Assembly: GCA_002269645.1 (NCBI GenBank)
Contig: NIVC01000594.1
Span: 186,001-250,000 of the forward strand
Source of the DNA: Macrostomum lignano
Taxonomy: Eukaryota
DNA: 64,000 bases
Direction of reading: 5' to 3'
A program made the position numbers and the translations under genes. Positions 1 to 12,934 of the stretch are shown in pieces. The notes beneath the pieces are model-generated. The model was not told the DNA's origin. It ran no database searches and saw only the letters and a program-made list of their open reading frames with translations. How positions within the stretch are numbered: the first letter of the stretch is position 1; every line of letters starts with the position of its first letter.

Positions 1-469
1 CGAATCTGATACAGTATACTCTACAATCCATGCTCTTGAAATTTATTCGCTAACTTCACTGTAACATTTATGATTCATTATACCGTTAAAATCTCAAAAT
101 TCGTTAAATTCTAACTTAGCAACCAACCAGGAAGCTGTGAACTATGAACGGCATAGTTACCTCTCACTCACTAGAAAAAAAACTTCATGAGAGAGATAGC
201 CCAATCAGATAAGTGAAACTGACTGGAAAAGTCATTCTAGTCTAGCGACATCATGTTCGAAGAACAACGCATGATAGGAATCCTAGCCTGCATGAAGATT
301 TTATTCGGTATTTTTTCAACAAAAAATTTTTGTTAACCATCTATAACAAGTAGCGGAACTGAGGAAAATATGTTCATTTAACATATGCGATACAATATTC
401 ATTAGCCATGATTTTTTTAACTGATTTATTGCAAATAAAAAAGCCGATGATGCTTATCATTGTCTGAGG

Positions 470-970
470 AAGGTTGGAAGAGAGGAGAGAGGAGAGGGGA
501 AGAGAGGAGGGAGAGGAGAGGAGAGGAGAGGAGAGGAGAGGAGAGGAGAGGAGAGAGGAGAGGAAAGGAGAGGAGAGGAAAGGAGAGGAGAGGAGAGGAG
601 AGGAGAGGAGAGGAGAGGAGAGGAGAGGAGAGGAGAGGAGAGGAGAGGAGAGGAGAGGAGAGGAGAGGAGAGGAGAGGAGAGGAGAGGAGAGGAGAGGAG
701 AGGAGAGGAGAGGAAAGGAGAGGAAAGGAGAGGAGAGGAAAGGAGAGGAAAGGAGAGGAAAGGAGAGGAGAGGAAAGGAGAGGAAAGGAGAGGAAAGGAG
801 AGGAGAGGAAAGGAGAGGAAAGGAGAGGAGAGGAGAGGAGAGGAGAGGAGAGGAGAGGAGAGGAGAGGAGAGGAGAGGAGAGGAGAGGAGAGGAGAGGAG
901 AGGAGAGGAGAGGAGAGGAGAGGAGAGGAGAGGAGAGGAGAGGAGAGGAGAGGAAAAGAGAGGAGAGGAG
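470..970. repeat. (GGAGA)n microsatellite
   Basis: Direct reading. Confidence 0.97.
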
Positions 971-1604
971 ACAGTAGAGATAAGATCTGACCTCAATAAA
1001 AGATTGCCTAAAACGCACTGCACAAGTTGTACATTGTACAAGATAGTAAACGAGCTCTCTAATAAAAGTTAACAAAATTAGTGCCTACAAAATTTACAGC
1101 ATAAATTGTACATTGAACTCAATTATATTTTTATGGCATAGGAGGCTTATTTTCAAGACGACGGCAAAGTTCAAAGGAGTCGCCTCCGCGGCCAGCCAAG
1201 ATCAATTGCCCAGTTGTAATTTACTCTTGGGTTCAGGTTGTAAAACTGGCTTATGACGAGGCATATAAATAAAATTAGAGCATATTCCATGAGAGAATTT
1301 GCTCAACCAAGTTTATCAGGAGCGGCCATGTCAAGCCAATGAAGCTAAGATAACTTTGTAAATTATTTTACAGGTGCAGTAATTTACTAGCAATAAAAAT
1401 AGGTTGAGATCAAATTAATACTTATGACAGTTTAAAACAAGTGCTTGACGGACCGTCACGCACCTACAACAACTGGACTTCGAGGCACTCAATATGGTCA
1501 GGACCGCTGTGTGTGTCAGGGGAATGGAAATGGCTGCTGGCCTCCTTGCTGGCTGCGGGTCCAATGTGTCGCTATTGATTTGCGGCAGCCAAAATCCGTG
1601 ACAT

Positions 1605-2205
1605 CTCCCCTCCTTGCCTCTCCCTTGGCCCTCCCCCTCTCCCCTGGCTCCCCTGGCCCTCCTCCTCTCCCCTGGCCCTCTCCCTCTCCCCTGGCCCTCT
1701 CCCCTCTCCCCTGGCCCTCTCCCCTCTCCCCTGGCCCTCCCCCTCTCCCCTGGCCCTCTCCCTCTCCTCTGAGTCTTCTCTCTCCTCCCCCTCTCCCCTC
1801 TCCTCTCTCTTCTCTCCCCGTCTCCTCTCTCTCCTCTCCTCTCTCCCCTCTCCTCTCTCTCTCCTCTCCCCTCTCTTCTCTCCCCCTCCTCTAGCCCTCT
1901 CCTCTCTCCTCCTCTCCTCTCTCTCCTCTCTCTCTCCTCTCCCCTCTCTTCTCTCCCCCTCCTCTAGCCCTCTCCTCTCTCCTCCTCTCCTCTCTCTCCT
2001 CTCTCTCTCCTCTCCCCTCTCTTCTCTCCCCCTCCTCTAGCCCTCTCCTCTCTCCTCCTCTCCTCTCTCTCCTCTCTCTCTCCTCTCCCCTCTCTTCTCT
2101 CCCCCCTCCTCTAGCCCTCTCCTCTCTCTCCTCTCCCTCTCCTCTTTTCAGTCTCCCTTCTCCTCTTTGTCATCTCTCCTTCCTTTTCTCGTCTCTCCTC
2201 TCCTC
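1605..2205. repeat. CT-rich low-complexity array with an approximately 73-bp higher-order unit
   Basis: CTAGCCC recurs at 1891, 1964, 2037 and 2111. Confidence 0.85.
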
Positions 2206-2635
2206 TCTGCGAATCAGTTCGTGAGAATTTTGAAAAGGATGAAGATTTATTTAACGCACCGATATTCAGCTTCATCTGAGAATCACAGCGACTCCAAATC
2301 TCACAATCGGAGTCAGAGCACTTGGCGTACCGCACCACAGGACAAGCCATGCCAAAAGCCAGCCGCAATTTCTTTAACCAAAGTTTAAAATTCAAGCGGG
2401 ACAGTTATTCTAAAATCGAACGTTGCGTCAACAGTATTTGCCTTCTGTCTCTCTGATTTGCATACAGAAATTGGCCCAGCCACGCCAACTGCTCCGAGAC
2501 CTGCTGTAGACAGTCTTGGCTGGCTTGGAGAACTCAAGCCAAGGACTTCTCTGGAGATAGCAACAGTGGACTGGAAGATGGAATAGAACATGCTCATTTA
2601 GACGTTAGGGTGGCAACGAATCCAACCTTTGCTTT

Positions 2636-3072
2636 ACAACCATCACAACCTTTACAAAATTCACAACATTCACAACATTCACAAAATTCACAAAATTCAC
2701 AACATTCACAACATTCACAATGTTAACAATGTTCACAACATTCACAACATTGACAACCCTCACAACATTTACAACCTTCGCCAACTCTTCATTCACAACC
2801 CTCACAGCATTCACAACCCTCACAACCTTCACAACCCTCACAGCATTCACAACCCTCACAGCATCTACAACCTTCACAACATTCACAACCCTCACAGCAT
2901 TCACAACCCTCACAGCATTCTCAACCCCCACAGCATTCACAACCCTCACAGCATCTACAACCTTCACAACATTCACAACCCTCACAGCATTCACAACCCT
3001 CACAGCATTCTCAACCCCCACAGCATTCACAACCCTCACAGCATCTACAACCTTCACAACATTCACAACCTT
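2636..3072. repeat. 9/18-bp tandem repeat (CACAACCCTCACAGCATT)
   Basis: Direct reading. Confidence 0.92.
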
Positions 3073-3224
3073 CATCGACCCGAGCGTCAAAATGGGGCAG
3101 CTTGTTTCTTTCAGTTTCCAGTCCAGCGGCGCTCTCTCAAGCAGTCCCTGCTCAAACCGAACCCAATTCCCCTCTGCCTCTCGGGCGAACCTGTGGCAAC
3201 ACCTGTCGACCAATTTTTCTACCA
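3070..3224 (-). CDS. Putative isolated exon of an unidentified gene
   Basis: cgtcAG acceptor, open frame VEKLVDRCCHRFAREAEGNWVRFEQGLLERAPLDWKLKETSCPILTLGSMK, AAG|GTTGTG donor at the edge of a tandem array. No recognisable domain. Confidence 0.3.
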
Positions 3225-3499
3225 CTGACGGATATTAGAATTCATATATGACTGCGACAATGGCTTTGAGCTGTGGAGATTGGCCCTTCGGATATGAAGC
3301 TTGAATTGGCCCGGAGTTGAGAGTTGCATCTTTCGACTTTGAGTGCCCAATCACTCATTAATTGGCCTCCAACCCCCCTACTGCCCGCTCTGTGACTTGA
3401 GCCACCGCCTCCCACTGCTCCGGCTCTGTGCAGGAGTTCTAGCGAAATTCGACCCCTGCCTCCTATCTGTATGAAGCTCAGCCTCTTCCACTCCAAACC

Positions 3500-3900
3500 G
3501 CCCTCCGCTCTCCTTCCGCTGTCTCCCACCCTCCTTCCGCTGTCTCCCACTCCCCATCCGCTGTCTCCCATTCTCCTTCCACTGTCTCCCACTCCCCTTC
3601 CGCTGTCTCCCACTCTACTTCCGCTGTCTCCCACCCTCCTTCCGCTGTCTCCCACTCCCCTTCCGCTGTCTCCCATTCTCCTTCCACTGTCTCCCACTCC
3701 CCTTCCGCTGTCTCCCACTCTACTTCCGCTGTCTCCTACTCTCCTTCCGCTGTCTCCTACTCTCCTTCCGCTGTCTCCTACCTTCCTTCTGCTGTCTCCC
3801 ACTCCCCTTCCGCTGTCTCCCGCTCCTCTTCCCCTGTCTCCCGCTCGTGTTCCGCTCTCTCCCGTTCACCTTTCTGCTCCCCATCCGCTCTCTCCCACTC
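3500..3900. repeat. 21-bp tandem repeat (CCTTCCGCTGTCTCCCACTCC)
   Basis: Direct reading. Confidence 0.92.
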
Positions 3901-4684
3901 CTTGCCCGCTCCCTACCCCACACTTTCTCTTACAAGAGCCAAATCGAAAAAAAATGGCAACAGAGGAATTCCCAAGCGCAATCGGAGGCTGAGAGGTACT
4001 TGTATCCAACCGGACACGTGTCAGTCACGTGACATGCGCCGCAGCACGAAGATGCTTGTTAATCTATCGGGCCAGAGACACACAATCAAGCCTTTTAAAA
4101 GCAGAAAAAATGAATTAATGTACGATTACCTGGTAACTACATGTATGTGAAAAATTTTATTACCATATCTAAGAATAAAAAAATTCAGAGCAAAATTTTC
4201 AATTCACCAACAAAACGCGCCAAATTTCAGGGAATTACAGCAGCAGATGGCGCGGATCCAACCCACCGCAGCAGCCCATGCGGCTCTAATGCGATGGGGC
4301 CAGAAGGCCCACCACTTGGCAAACACACACTGCAGGCTATCTCTGCTCCGCGATCCCACACGAACGGGGATCAGTTCTCAAGCTCTTATCAAACCGCTCG
4401 GAAAAATATTACCAAACACAGCTCTGAGAGCTACTTGTTTCCCTCCGAGGGCATTCCTTATACTGGCTAAGGTATGGGGATATTTTTCGGCAAGCCAGTG
4501 GCCATCCCCCTCCAAGCATTCATTGTTTGCACTGATTTTAAGACCTCGGGCTCGGGTGCCGGCTGAAGCTTCAGTGGTGGATGGAGGGTATCCTGGATGC
4601 ATTGAGCTGGCTCTGGGACCAGCTGTAGCCAGCCAACTCGAGAATTCGAAAGAATGCAGCAAAATTGAAAGAAAGTGCATCTTC

Positions 4685-5260
4685 TCACCTCACTCTAATC
4701 CCCTCTCACCTTCTCTTACCTCACTCCCGGCCCCACTAACCTCACTCTCACTCCCCATCTCCTCTCACCTCACCTAGCTCTCATCCTCTCTCAACTCATC
4801 TCTTATCAGCTTTCACCCGTCTCATCCCCTCACCTCACTCTCATCCCCTCTCACATCACTCTCATCCCCTCAGAACTCACTCTCATCTCCTCTCTCACCC
4901 CACTCTCATCCCCTCTCAACTCACTCTCATCCCCTCTCTCACCTCACTCACTCACACTCACATCTCACTCACTCTCATCTAATTTCCCTCTCTCATCCCC
5001 TCTCACCTCACTCCCATCCCCTCTCACCTCGCCCTCATCCCCTCTCACCTCGCTTATCCCCTCTCACCTCGCTCTCATCTCCTCTCACCTCGCTCTCATC
5101 CCCTCTCACCTCACTCTCATCCCCTCTCACCTCGCTCTCATCCCCTCCCCTCCCACTTCACTCTCATCCCCTCACACCTCACTCTCATCCCCTCTCACCT
5201 CGCTCTCATCCCCTCTCACCTCACTCTCATCCCCTCTCACCTCGCTCTCAACCTCTCATC
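4685..5260. repeat. About 21-bp tandem repeat (CACTCTCATCCCCTCTCACCT)
   Basis: Direct reading. Confidence 0.9.
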
Positions 5261-6291
5261 TCAACATGAGAATCGAGTAAAAATAACAAAGCAAACCCAA
5301 TGGACATAGTTTTTCAAGCGAACGCTACTGAGTTCTCAAAGCGGGTAAAAGGCTAAGTGGGTTGGTGGAAATTGTTACGAATAAATAAATAAACACTATA
5401 GCCGGGTATTCAGTATAATATTTATTTTAGTTTCTATTCCAAGTGGAACAATAACAAGCGAAAAGCAGACTTTTCGTATTCAAAAAGATATTGAAATGAG
5501 AAAAAATTGAAAGCGAAAAATTGTATTGGTTTATAATTTTTTATAATAAATTTGATTAACTACTTGGATTCGTGTCTCAGTGACAGCGGGTACAGGTAAA
5601 AGTGCAACGGCGAACTTTTCTTATAGCGTTTTAGCTGGCTTGCGCACAGAACTAAATAAATTTATTCTAGCAATTGAATTTCTGTTTCGAAAGCGACAAA
5701 AAAGCCTACAATTAGTACTGGTAGTAAGCAGTAGCAGTAGTGAATATCTAGTTTATTTTTTACTTTTTGAAATAAGAAAAAAATCCGGAGAAAAAAGCGC
5801 TTTTTAGTTACTAACAGTAGTGTTTAATTAATTTGCGTAAATTTATTGCGTAAAATGAATGGGATTTGAAAATCAATAATTCTGATTTCCCTCGGCCTGT
5901 TAAGTCTCTCTCTCCCTCTTTGTGTTTTAATGAGTTATTAATCAGCTAATTAGTACTCTATTTTTTTAATTTGAAATGATCAAACAAAATAGAAGCCGAA
6001 ACCGGAGAGAGACACCGATATATTCAGGCAACAGAGAAAAGCAGATGCGAGCTGCATATCGATAGAAATAGAAATAACATATAAGCTTAGATACGATGAC
6101 GAACCATAACACCGAGTTACGAGTTAAAGGACTATTATAAATAGTAATAGTAATAGTAATAATATTATACTAGTGAAGCTATACTAAAAAACACAGAGTT
6201 ATAAGGGCAGGGAGAAGCATTTATAATAATATAAAAATGGCTATATTAGTTTTTCAGCGTCTGCATCATATTACTGTCAGTAGCATGCTGG

Positions 6292-7038
6292 TCAGTTCTG
6301 GAACACGTTCATGGTGAACTTCTGATAGTTATAAGCGTCGGGAACTGCGCGGCCGTTGGGATCAACGTAGGGCTCCATGCTGCGGACGCAGTAGTCCGCC
6401 TGCACCTTCGGCAGCGAGCTGTACAGCTCGTCGCGGGTGATGTACGGCCGGCCTTCGCGGCACAGGGCTTTGAAGGCTTCTTCAACGTCCAGACGAGAGG
6501 AGACGTTCTCAGTCTCCTTCATGATCATGTAGTTGATGAACTCCTGCATCTCAACGTAGCCGCTGCGGTTGGGGTCAACCCGGGCCATCACCGAGTCGAA
6601 CACGGCGTCGCTGTCTTCGCCGAATTTCAAATCGTGGCCGAGAGCCAACAGGCACTGCTTGAACTCGCGCTTGTCCAACCGGCCAGAGTTGTCCTTGTCG
6701 AAGTGCTTGAACATCATGATGTATTCGCGTTTCACGTCGTCTGGCACGCCGGCCTGCTGCAGGGCCAGGATGGTCTGCTCCAGGCTGTGCTGCATGCGCA
6801 TGGCAAGCTGGTCCAGCTGGTCCCAGGCCTGGCTGAGGGACACCGCCGAGTGGCTGGTGTACTGGTTCTCCAGGATCATCTCGTTCTCTAGCGACGTGGT
6901 CCACTGGTTGATGTCCTTGAGGTCCTGCTTGCGGGCCCGGATGTCCACGGAGGCCTCCTTGATGCGCTGCAGCTGGGCTTCGTAGTTCAGATCCTCCTGG
7001 GTGCTGATGCTCAGCATGGCGCGGCGGGTGGTCTCCAC
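6292..7038 (-). CDS. alpha-Spec: Alpha-spectrin exon 12 (last repeat, EF-hands, stop)
   Basis: caacAG|VETTRRAML...; EF-hand loops DKDNSGRLDKRE and DPNRSGYVEMQE; C-terminus AYNYQKFTMNVFQN-TGA. The summed exons give about 2427 aa, the size expected for alpha-spectrin. Confidence 0.95.
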   Translation of the reverse strand: METTRRAMLSISTQEDLNYEAQLQRIKEASVDIRARKQDLKDINQWTTSLENEMILENQYTSHSAVSLSQAWDQLDQLAMRMQHSLEQTILALQQAGVPDDVKREYIMMFKHFDKDNSGRLDKREFKQCLLALGHDLKFGEDSDAVFDSVMARVDPNRSGYVEMQEFINYMIMKETENVSSRLDVEEAFKALCREGRPYITRDELYSSLPKVQADYCVRSMEPYVDPNGRAVPDAYNYQKFTMNVFQN

Positions 7039-7044
7039 CTGTTG

Positions 7045-7395
7045 CAGGTTGGAGATGAAGGGTTTTTAGGTTGGAGATAAAGGGTTTGTAGGTTGGAGAT
7101 GAAGGGTTTGTAGGTTGGAAATGAAGGGTTTTTAGGCTGGATATGAAGGGTTTGTAGGTTTGAGATGAAGGGATTGTAGGTTGGAGATGAAGGGTTTGTA
7201 GGTTGGAGATGAAGGGTTTGTAGGTTGGAGATGAAGGGTTTTTAGGTTGGAGATGAAGGGTTTGTAGGTTGGAGATGAAGGGTTTGTAGGTTGGAGATGA
7301 AGGGCTTGTAGGTTGGAGATGAAGGGCTAGTAGGCTCGAGATGAAGGGTTTGCAAGCTTGAGATGAAGGTTTGTAGTTTTGAAAGTTGAAATGAA
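7045..7395. repeat. 22-bp minisatellite in spectrin intron 11 (TGAAGGGTTTGTAGGTTGGAGA)
   Basis: Direct reading. Confidence 0.93.
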
Positions 7396-7477
7396 GGGAC
7401 ATAGACTGAGATGCAGGGTTTTAAGAGATTAAGATCTGCAACAGTGAGCAGCAGATTCATGTAAATGAACAGCTCAC

Positions 7478-8059
7478 CCAGTCGTGGAACTTGTTAGCAA
7501 TATTGGCGAAGCTCTTCCTGAACTCCTCCTTGCGCTCCTGGTTGCGCAGCTCGGCAGTGAGCTCCCGGTCCCGGTTCACAATGATGGCCTTGAGATTCTC
7601 CCAGGTGCTCTGGATGTTCTCCATGGTGTACCAGGTGTAGGGATTCAAGGTCACCGCAAACTCTTTGATCTCTTTGTCCAGCTTCTCCAAACTGCGATAG
7701 CGCTCCTCCGAGTCCTTCAGCGACACTTTGAATCGTTCGTGGTGCTCGCGAAGCTTCTTGACTTCGTCCAGCGAATTGCACTGAACTGGATCCAGCAAGT
7801 CTTCCTCGGCGTTCTCGTACCAGGAGTTGAAGGCGGAGGCCTCCTTGGCGAACTGAAGGAACAGATCCTCCACGTGCTTGTAGCGCTTCTCCAGATCCTT
7901 CAGCTGGTCACGCCGGGCGGTTGAGCCCTTCTTCAGGGCCTCCCAGCGCTGCAGCACGAATTTCAGGCGATTGTTGATGGCCTCAGTCTGGTCGTGCTTG
8001 GCCTCGACCAGCTGGTCGCGCAGGGCGGAGATGCTCTGGATGCCTTCCTTCTCGAATGC
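7478..8059 (-). CDS. alpha-Spec: Alpha-spectrin exon 11
   Basis: atcgcAG|AFEKEGIQS...FAKEASAFNSWYENAEEDLLDPVQCNSLDEV...KFHDW|GTGAGC. Confidence 0.94.
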
Positions 8060-8182
8060 CTGCGATTGTGGCGAATTGAGTTCATGGTGAGATGTGGATC
8101 TCGATGTACTTCAATGGACTCGATGCAATAAACACGCAGACCCTACCCAAACCCTTCATTTACCTAACAGGCCCTTTATTTG

Positions 8183-8578
8183 CCCTACAGACCCTTCATT
8201 CAACCTACAGACCCTTCATTCAACCTACAGACCCTTCATTCAACCTACAGACCCTTCATTCAACCTACAGACCCTTCATTCAACCTACAGACCCTTCATT
8301 CAACATACAGACCCTTCATTCAACCTACAGACCCTTCATTCAACCTACAGACCCTTCATTCAACCTACAGACCCTTCATTCAACCTACAGACCCTTCATT
8401 CAACATACAGACCCTTCATTCAACCTACAGACCCTTCATTCAACCTACAGACCCTTCATTCAACATACAGACCCTTCATTCAACCTACAGACCCTTCATT
8501 CACCCTACAGACCCTTCATTCACCCTACAGACCCTTCATTCAACCTACAGACCCTTCATTCACCCTACAGACCCTTCA
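8183..8578. repeat. 20-bp minisatellite in spectrin intron 10 (ACCCTTCATTCAACCTACAG)
   Basis: Direct reading. Confidence 0.95.
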
Positions 8579-8598
8579 CTCCCCAGACGGCAGCTCAC

Positions 8599-9064
8599 CT
8601 GCAGCCCAGCATCAAAGGCCTCCTGCTTGGTGAGCAGAGTCTGCACGCTGCTCAAATCCCGGCCGTAGTCGTCAGAGCGCACGATGGACTCCTTGTCCTT
8701 GATCCAGGACTCCACAACGTCGGTTTTCCACATGAACTGCAGGAAGGCGGAGTTGTCAGTCAGCTGACTGCGTCGTTTAGCGGCAGCGTTGCGCAGCACC
8801 TCCAGCTTGGCTTTGAGACCTTCGCAACGACGCTCGATGGTGTCCTTCTGGATGTTGTCGGCGGCAATCAGCTCGTCGCCTTTGGAGCAGATCTCCTGGC
8901 AGCGCTCCTCGTGAACGTGACAGTCGGTCTCGAAGGTGTCGTGCTTCTTCAGCAGGCCCTGCACTGCAGCCAGGTTGTCGCCGAGATCGTTGGATGACAG
9001 CAGGTGCTGCTTCTCCATGATCCACGCCTCTTCCTCCTCAACCTGGGTGAGGAACTCGTGGTAC
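8599..9064 (-). CDS. alpha-Spec: Alpha-spectrin exon 10
   Basis: ccgcAG|(K)YHEFLTQVEEEEAW...DYGRDLSSVQTLLTKQEAFDAGLQ|GTGAGC. Confidence 0.94.
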
Positions 9065-9098
9065 CTGCGGTGGGGTTTTTGTTGCAGTGTGGTCACCT

Positions 9099-9660
9099 GC
9101 CTCTGCAATGCCTCAATCTGCCTCTGCAATGCCCCAATCTGCCTCTGCAATGCCCCAATCTGCCTCTGCAATGCCCCAATCTGCCTCTGCAATGCCCCAA
9201 TCTGCCTCTGCAATGCCCCAATCTGCCTCTGCAATGCCCCAATCTGCCTCTGCAATGCCCCAATCTGCCTCTGCAATGCCCCAATCTGCCTCTGCAATGC
9301 CCCAATCTGCCTCTGCAATGCCCCAATCTGCCTCTGCAATGCCCCAATCTGCCTCTGCAATGCCCCAATCTGCCTCTGCAATGCCCCAATCTGCCTCTGC
9401 AATGCCCCAATCTGCCTCTGCAATGCCCCAATCTGCCTCTCAGCTGTCCCAATCTGCCTCTGCAATGCCCTAATCTGCCTCTGCAATGCCCCAATCTGCC
9501 TCTCAGCTGCCCCAATCTGCCTCTCAGCTGCCCCAATCTGCCTCTCAGCTGCCCCAATCTGCCTCTCAGCTATCCCAATCTGCCTCTCAGCTGTCCCAAT
9601 CTGCCTCTCAGCTACCCCAATCTGCCTCTCAGCTACCCCAATCTGCCTCTCAGCTGTCCC
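9099..9660. repeat. 21-bp minisatellite in spectrin intron 9 (CCTCTGCAATGCCCCAATCTG)
   Basis: About 27 units. Confidence 0.95.
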
Positions 9661-9688
9661 AACCCCAAAGCACAAACCAGCCACTCAC

Positions 9689-10095
9689 TTGACAGACTGG
9701 TCCAGCTTGCGAGCTCTCTCAGCTGCCAGCTCCTTGAGCTCCTCCCAGTTCTCAGCCTGTTTCCGCAGCCGGTTCTCAATCTCGGCCGGATCCTCAACTT
9801 TGCCCTCGGCAATGAGCCGGTGACCTTCCTCTTCCACGGCGCGGATGGCTGGCTCGTGAGCGTGAATGTCGCCCTCCAATCGGCGGTGCTTCTTCATCAG
9901 ATTCTGCACGCCGAGCAGGTCGCGGCCCAGTTCGCCGCTCTGCACCAAAATCTTCTTCTCGCGAATCCAGGCCTCTTCGTCGTCCAGGTTGCGGAAGAAG
10001 TCGTGCAGCTTCTTGGCTTTCTCCAGGCGAGCGGCGCGCTCGTCGCACAGCTTCTTGATCTTCTCGTAGCGATCGTTGATGAGGTTCTTGCGCTC
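9689..10095 (-). CDS. alpha-Spec: Alpha-spectrin exon 9
   Basis: atgcAG|ERKNLINDRY...GRDLLGVQNLMKKHRRLE...DQSV AA|GTGAGT; phases 0/2. Confidence 0.93.
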
Positions 10096-10129
10096 CTGCA
10101 TTGGTTGGGTTGGATGGGGAGGGCGATGC

Positions 10130-11392
10130 GACATAGAAACACAATCCGGCGCCACATTAGAGACACAATCTGGCGCCACATTAGAGACAATTCGGCGCCA
10201 CATTAGGGACACAATCCGGCGACACATTAGAGACACAATCTGGCGCCACATTAGAGACTATTCGCCACATTAGAGACACAACTCGGCGCCACATTAGAGA
10301 CACAACTCAATCCGGCGACACATTAGAGACACAATCTGGCGCCACATTAGAGACAATTCGGCGCCACATTAAAGACACAATCCGGCGCCACATTAGAGAC
10401 ACAATCCGGCGCCACATTAGAGACACAATCTGGCGCCACATTAGAGACAATTCGGCGCCACATTAGGGACACAATCCGGCGCCACATTAGAGACAATTTG
10501 GCGCCACATTAGAGACACAATCCGGCGCCACATTAGAGACACAACTCGGCGCCACATTAGAGACACAACTCGGCGCTACATTAGAGACAATCTGGCGCGA
10601 TTCATTAGAGACACTCAGGCGCCACACTAGAGACACAATTTGGCGCCACATTAGAAACAGAATTTGTAGAGCCACATTAGAGACAATTTGGCGCCACATT
10701 AGAGACACAATTCGGCGCCACATTAGAGACACAATCTGGCGCCACATTAGAGACAATTCGGCGCCACATTAGAGACACAACTCGGCGCCATATTAAAGAC
10801 ACAATTGGCATCACATATAAGACATAATTTGGCACCACATTAGAGACACAATCCGGCGCCACATTAGAGACACAATCCGGCGCCACATTAGAGACACAAT
10901 CGGGCACCACATTAGAGACACAACTCGGCGCCATATTAAAGACACAATTGGCATCACATATAAGACATAATTTGGCGCCACATTAGAGACACTATTCGGC
11001 GCTATATTAGAGACACAACTCGGCGCCACATTAGAGACACAATCTGGCGCCACATTAGAGACACAATCCGGCGCCACATTAGAGACACAATCTGGCGCCA
11101 CATTAGAGACAATTCGGCGCCACATTAGGGACACAATCCGGCGCCACATTAGAGACAATCTGGCGCCACATTAGAGACACAACTCGGCGCCACATTAGAG
11201 ACACAACTCGGCGTCACATTAGAGACACAACTCGGCGTCACATTAGAGACACAACCTGGCGCCACATAGAGACACAATTCGGCGCCATATAAAAGACACA
11301 ATTGGCATCACATATAAGACATAATTTGGCGCCACATTAGAGACACAATTCGGCGCCACATTAGAGGCACAACCCGGTGCCACATTTAAGAC
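10130..11392. repeat. 22-25-bp minisatellite in spectrin intron 8 (CACAATCCGGCGCCACATTAGAGA)
   Basis: Direct reading. Confidence 0.94.
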
Positions 11393-11409
11393 AATAAATG
11401 TGTCCGCAC

Positions 11410-11768
11410 CTGCACGGCCTCGGGATCCAGCTGGCCGGTAGGATCCTGAGCGAACCGATCCAGATCGGCGATCCGCTCCTGATGAGTGGCGATATCCGCG
11501 CGCAGAATCTCCTGCTTGTTAAACAGGTCGTCAACGGCGCCGCTGTCCCGTCCAGTCTGCTGATTGTCCAGCGCGTGCTCGGTCTCTTCCAGCCAGAATT
11601 CGATGTCCTTGATGCCGGCATTGTACACAGCCTGACGATTAGCTTCGTTGAGTTTCTCGCTCTTGTCCTCCGCCCGTTTGTTCAACTCTTTCCAGCCGTT
11701 CTGCAGGTTTTCAACTTGCTCTTTGACGGCATCCTCCTGGCCCATGCATTGGCCATTGTCGATGAGCT
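11410..11768 (-). CDS. alpha-Spec: Alpha-spectrin exon 8
   Basis: caccAG|(K)LIDNGQCMGQEDAVKE...LDPEAVQ|GTGCGG; GQCMGQEDAV resembles the alpha-spectrin repeat-16 region. Confidence 0.92.
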
Positions 11769-12934
11769 CTGGTGATGACGAATTATTAAAAAATATAGGC
11801 AGTAAAATGCTTGCTTATTATAGCCTACTCTAAGTAGAGTAATAGTTTCTGTATGAACCTCGTTTCTTAGAAATACACTACGGAGATAGGGACTTTTTAG
11901 CTTCATTATTTTAACACGGACGATTAAACTTCCGTGGCCAGAATAATACTTTTGAAGTTTCTCCATCTGATTGACAGTTTATCAGCTGTCTATGGCCCAA
12001 ACCTGTCATAAAATCAGCCTCAACTCAATGATGATAATGAAGAACAGCGTGACAGTCATTCGTAGTTTTTTCTTGTTTGAAAAATTATAGCAGAAAAATG
12101 CACTAGTAACCTACTTAACAGTAGAGTAGTGCGAATATCAATGCTATTCTATATGATATAATGTAATGCTACCGACTAAATAGTTTTCTTTCCGCATAAT
12201 AAACAAAGCTAACTTTGCGTATTGAATTACATTTTGCGGCGTTAGCGAAAGGCGGAAAACTAACTTATTTTCTCTAACCAAGTTTTGCAAGACAGGCTAA
12301 GAGGCAGAAGAGCCGAGCGAGGGCAGACAGACATGGATCGATATATTTTATATTACTATATTCCTAGGCCTTGTATGGCTGGGAGGCGAGGCGAGTGGAT
12401 CTGGCTAGAGGGGCAGACAGACAGGACAGAGAGTACAGTGCTGTACAGCAACCAGACTGAAGCACAGAGGTCTAGAATGCATGGTAGGCAAGCTAGCAAG
12501 GGGGGCGGCAACTTATGCATTAGTCAGCCAGCGCCCTTTCCTGGCTGGGTCAGAAAAGGAATGCAAAGAAGTTAAAAAAAATACAGTTAAACGTTCGCAG
12601 CTAACTGTGAATTTTATTAATGTAAACATTATCTCAGATTTAGCAGGCCTGCGACTGCCAATAAAGGTTTTATAATAAATATGCAAGCAGATAAGAGCTT
12701 TTATTCTAAACACGCTCTGTGCGCACACTAAGGGAAGGAGGGTTCATTCACTGATTCACAAGCTTAGCTTGAAAAATGCATTTGCACTGGGCACCGGGCA
12801 TGTGCTAGACTAAAAGCGTTTAATCTGATGTCCCAGTTACAGGGCTCTGTGCTCTCACACAAAGGAGATTCTGTTTACAAAATAGATTTTCATTTACACT
12901 ATACACAATTTACACGGCTTTATTCGATCACACA

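Noticed and set aside
1440-4780. Exon-like islands between the repeats at 1440-1600, 2210-2620 and 4020-4690
   Set aside because: Several frames and both strands are plausible; no domain recognised and no phase-consistent chain found.
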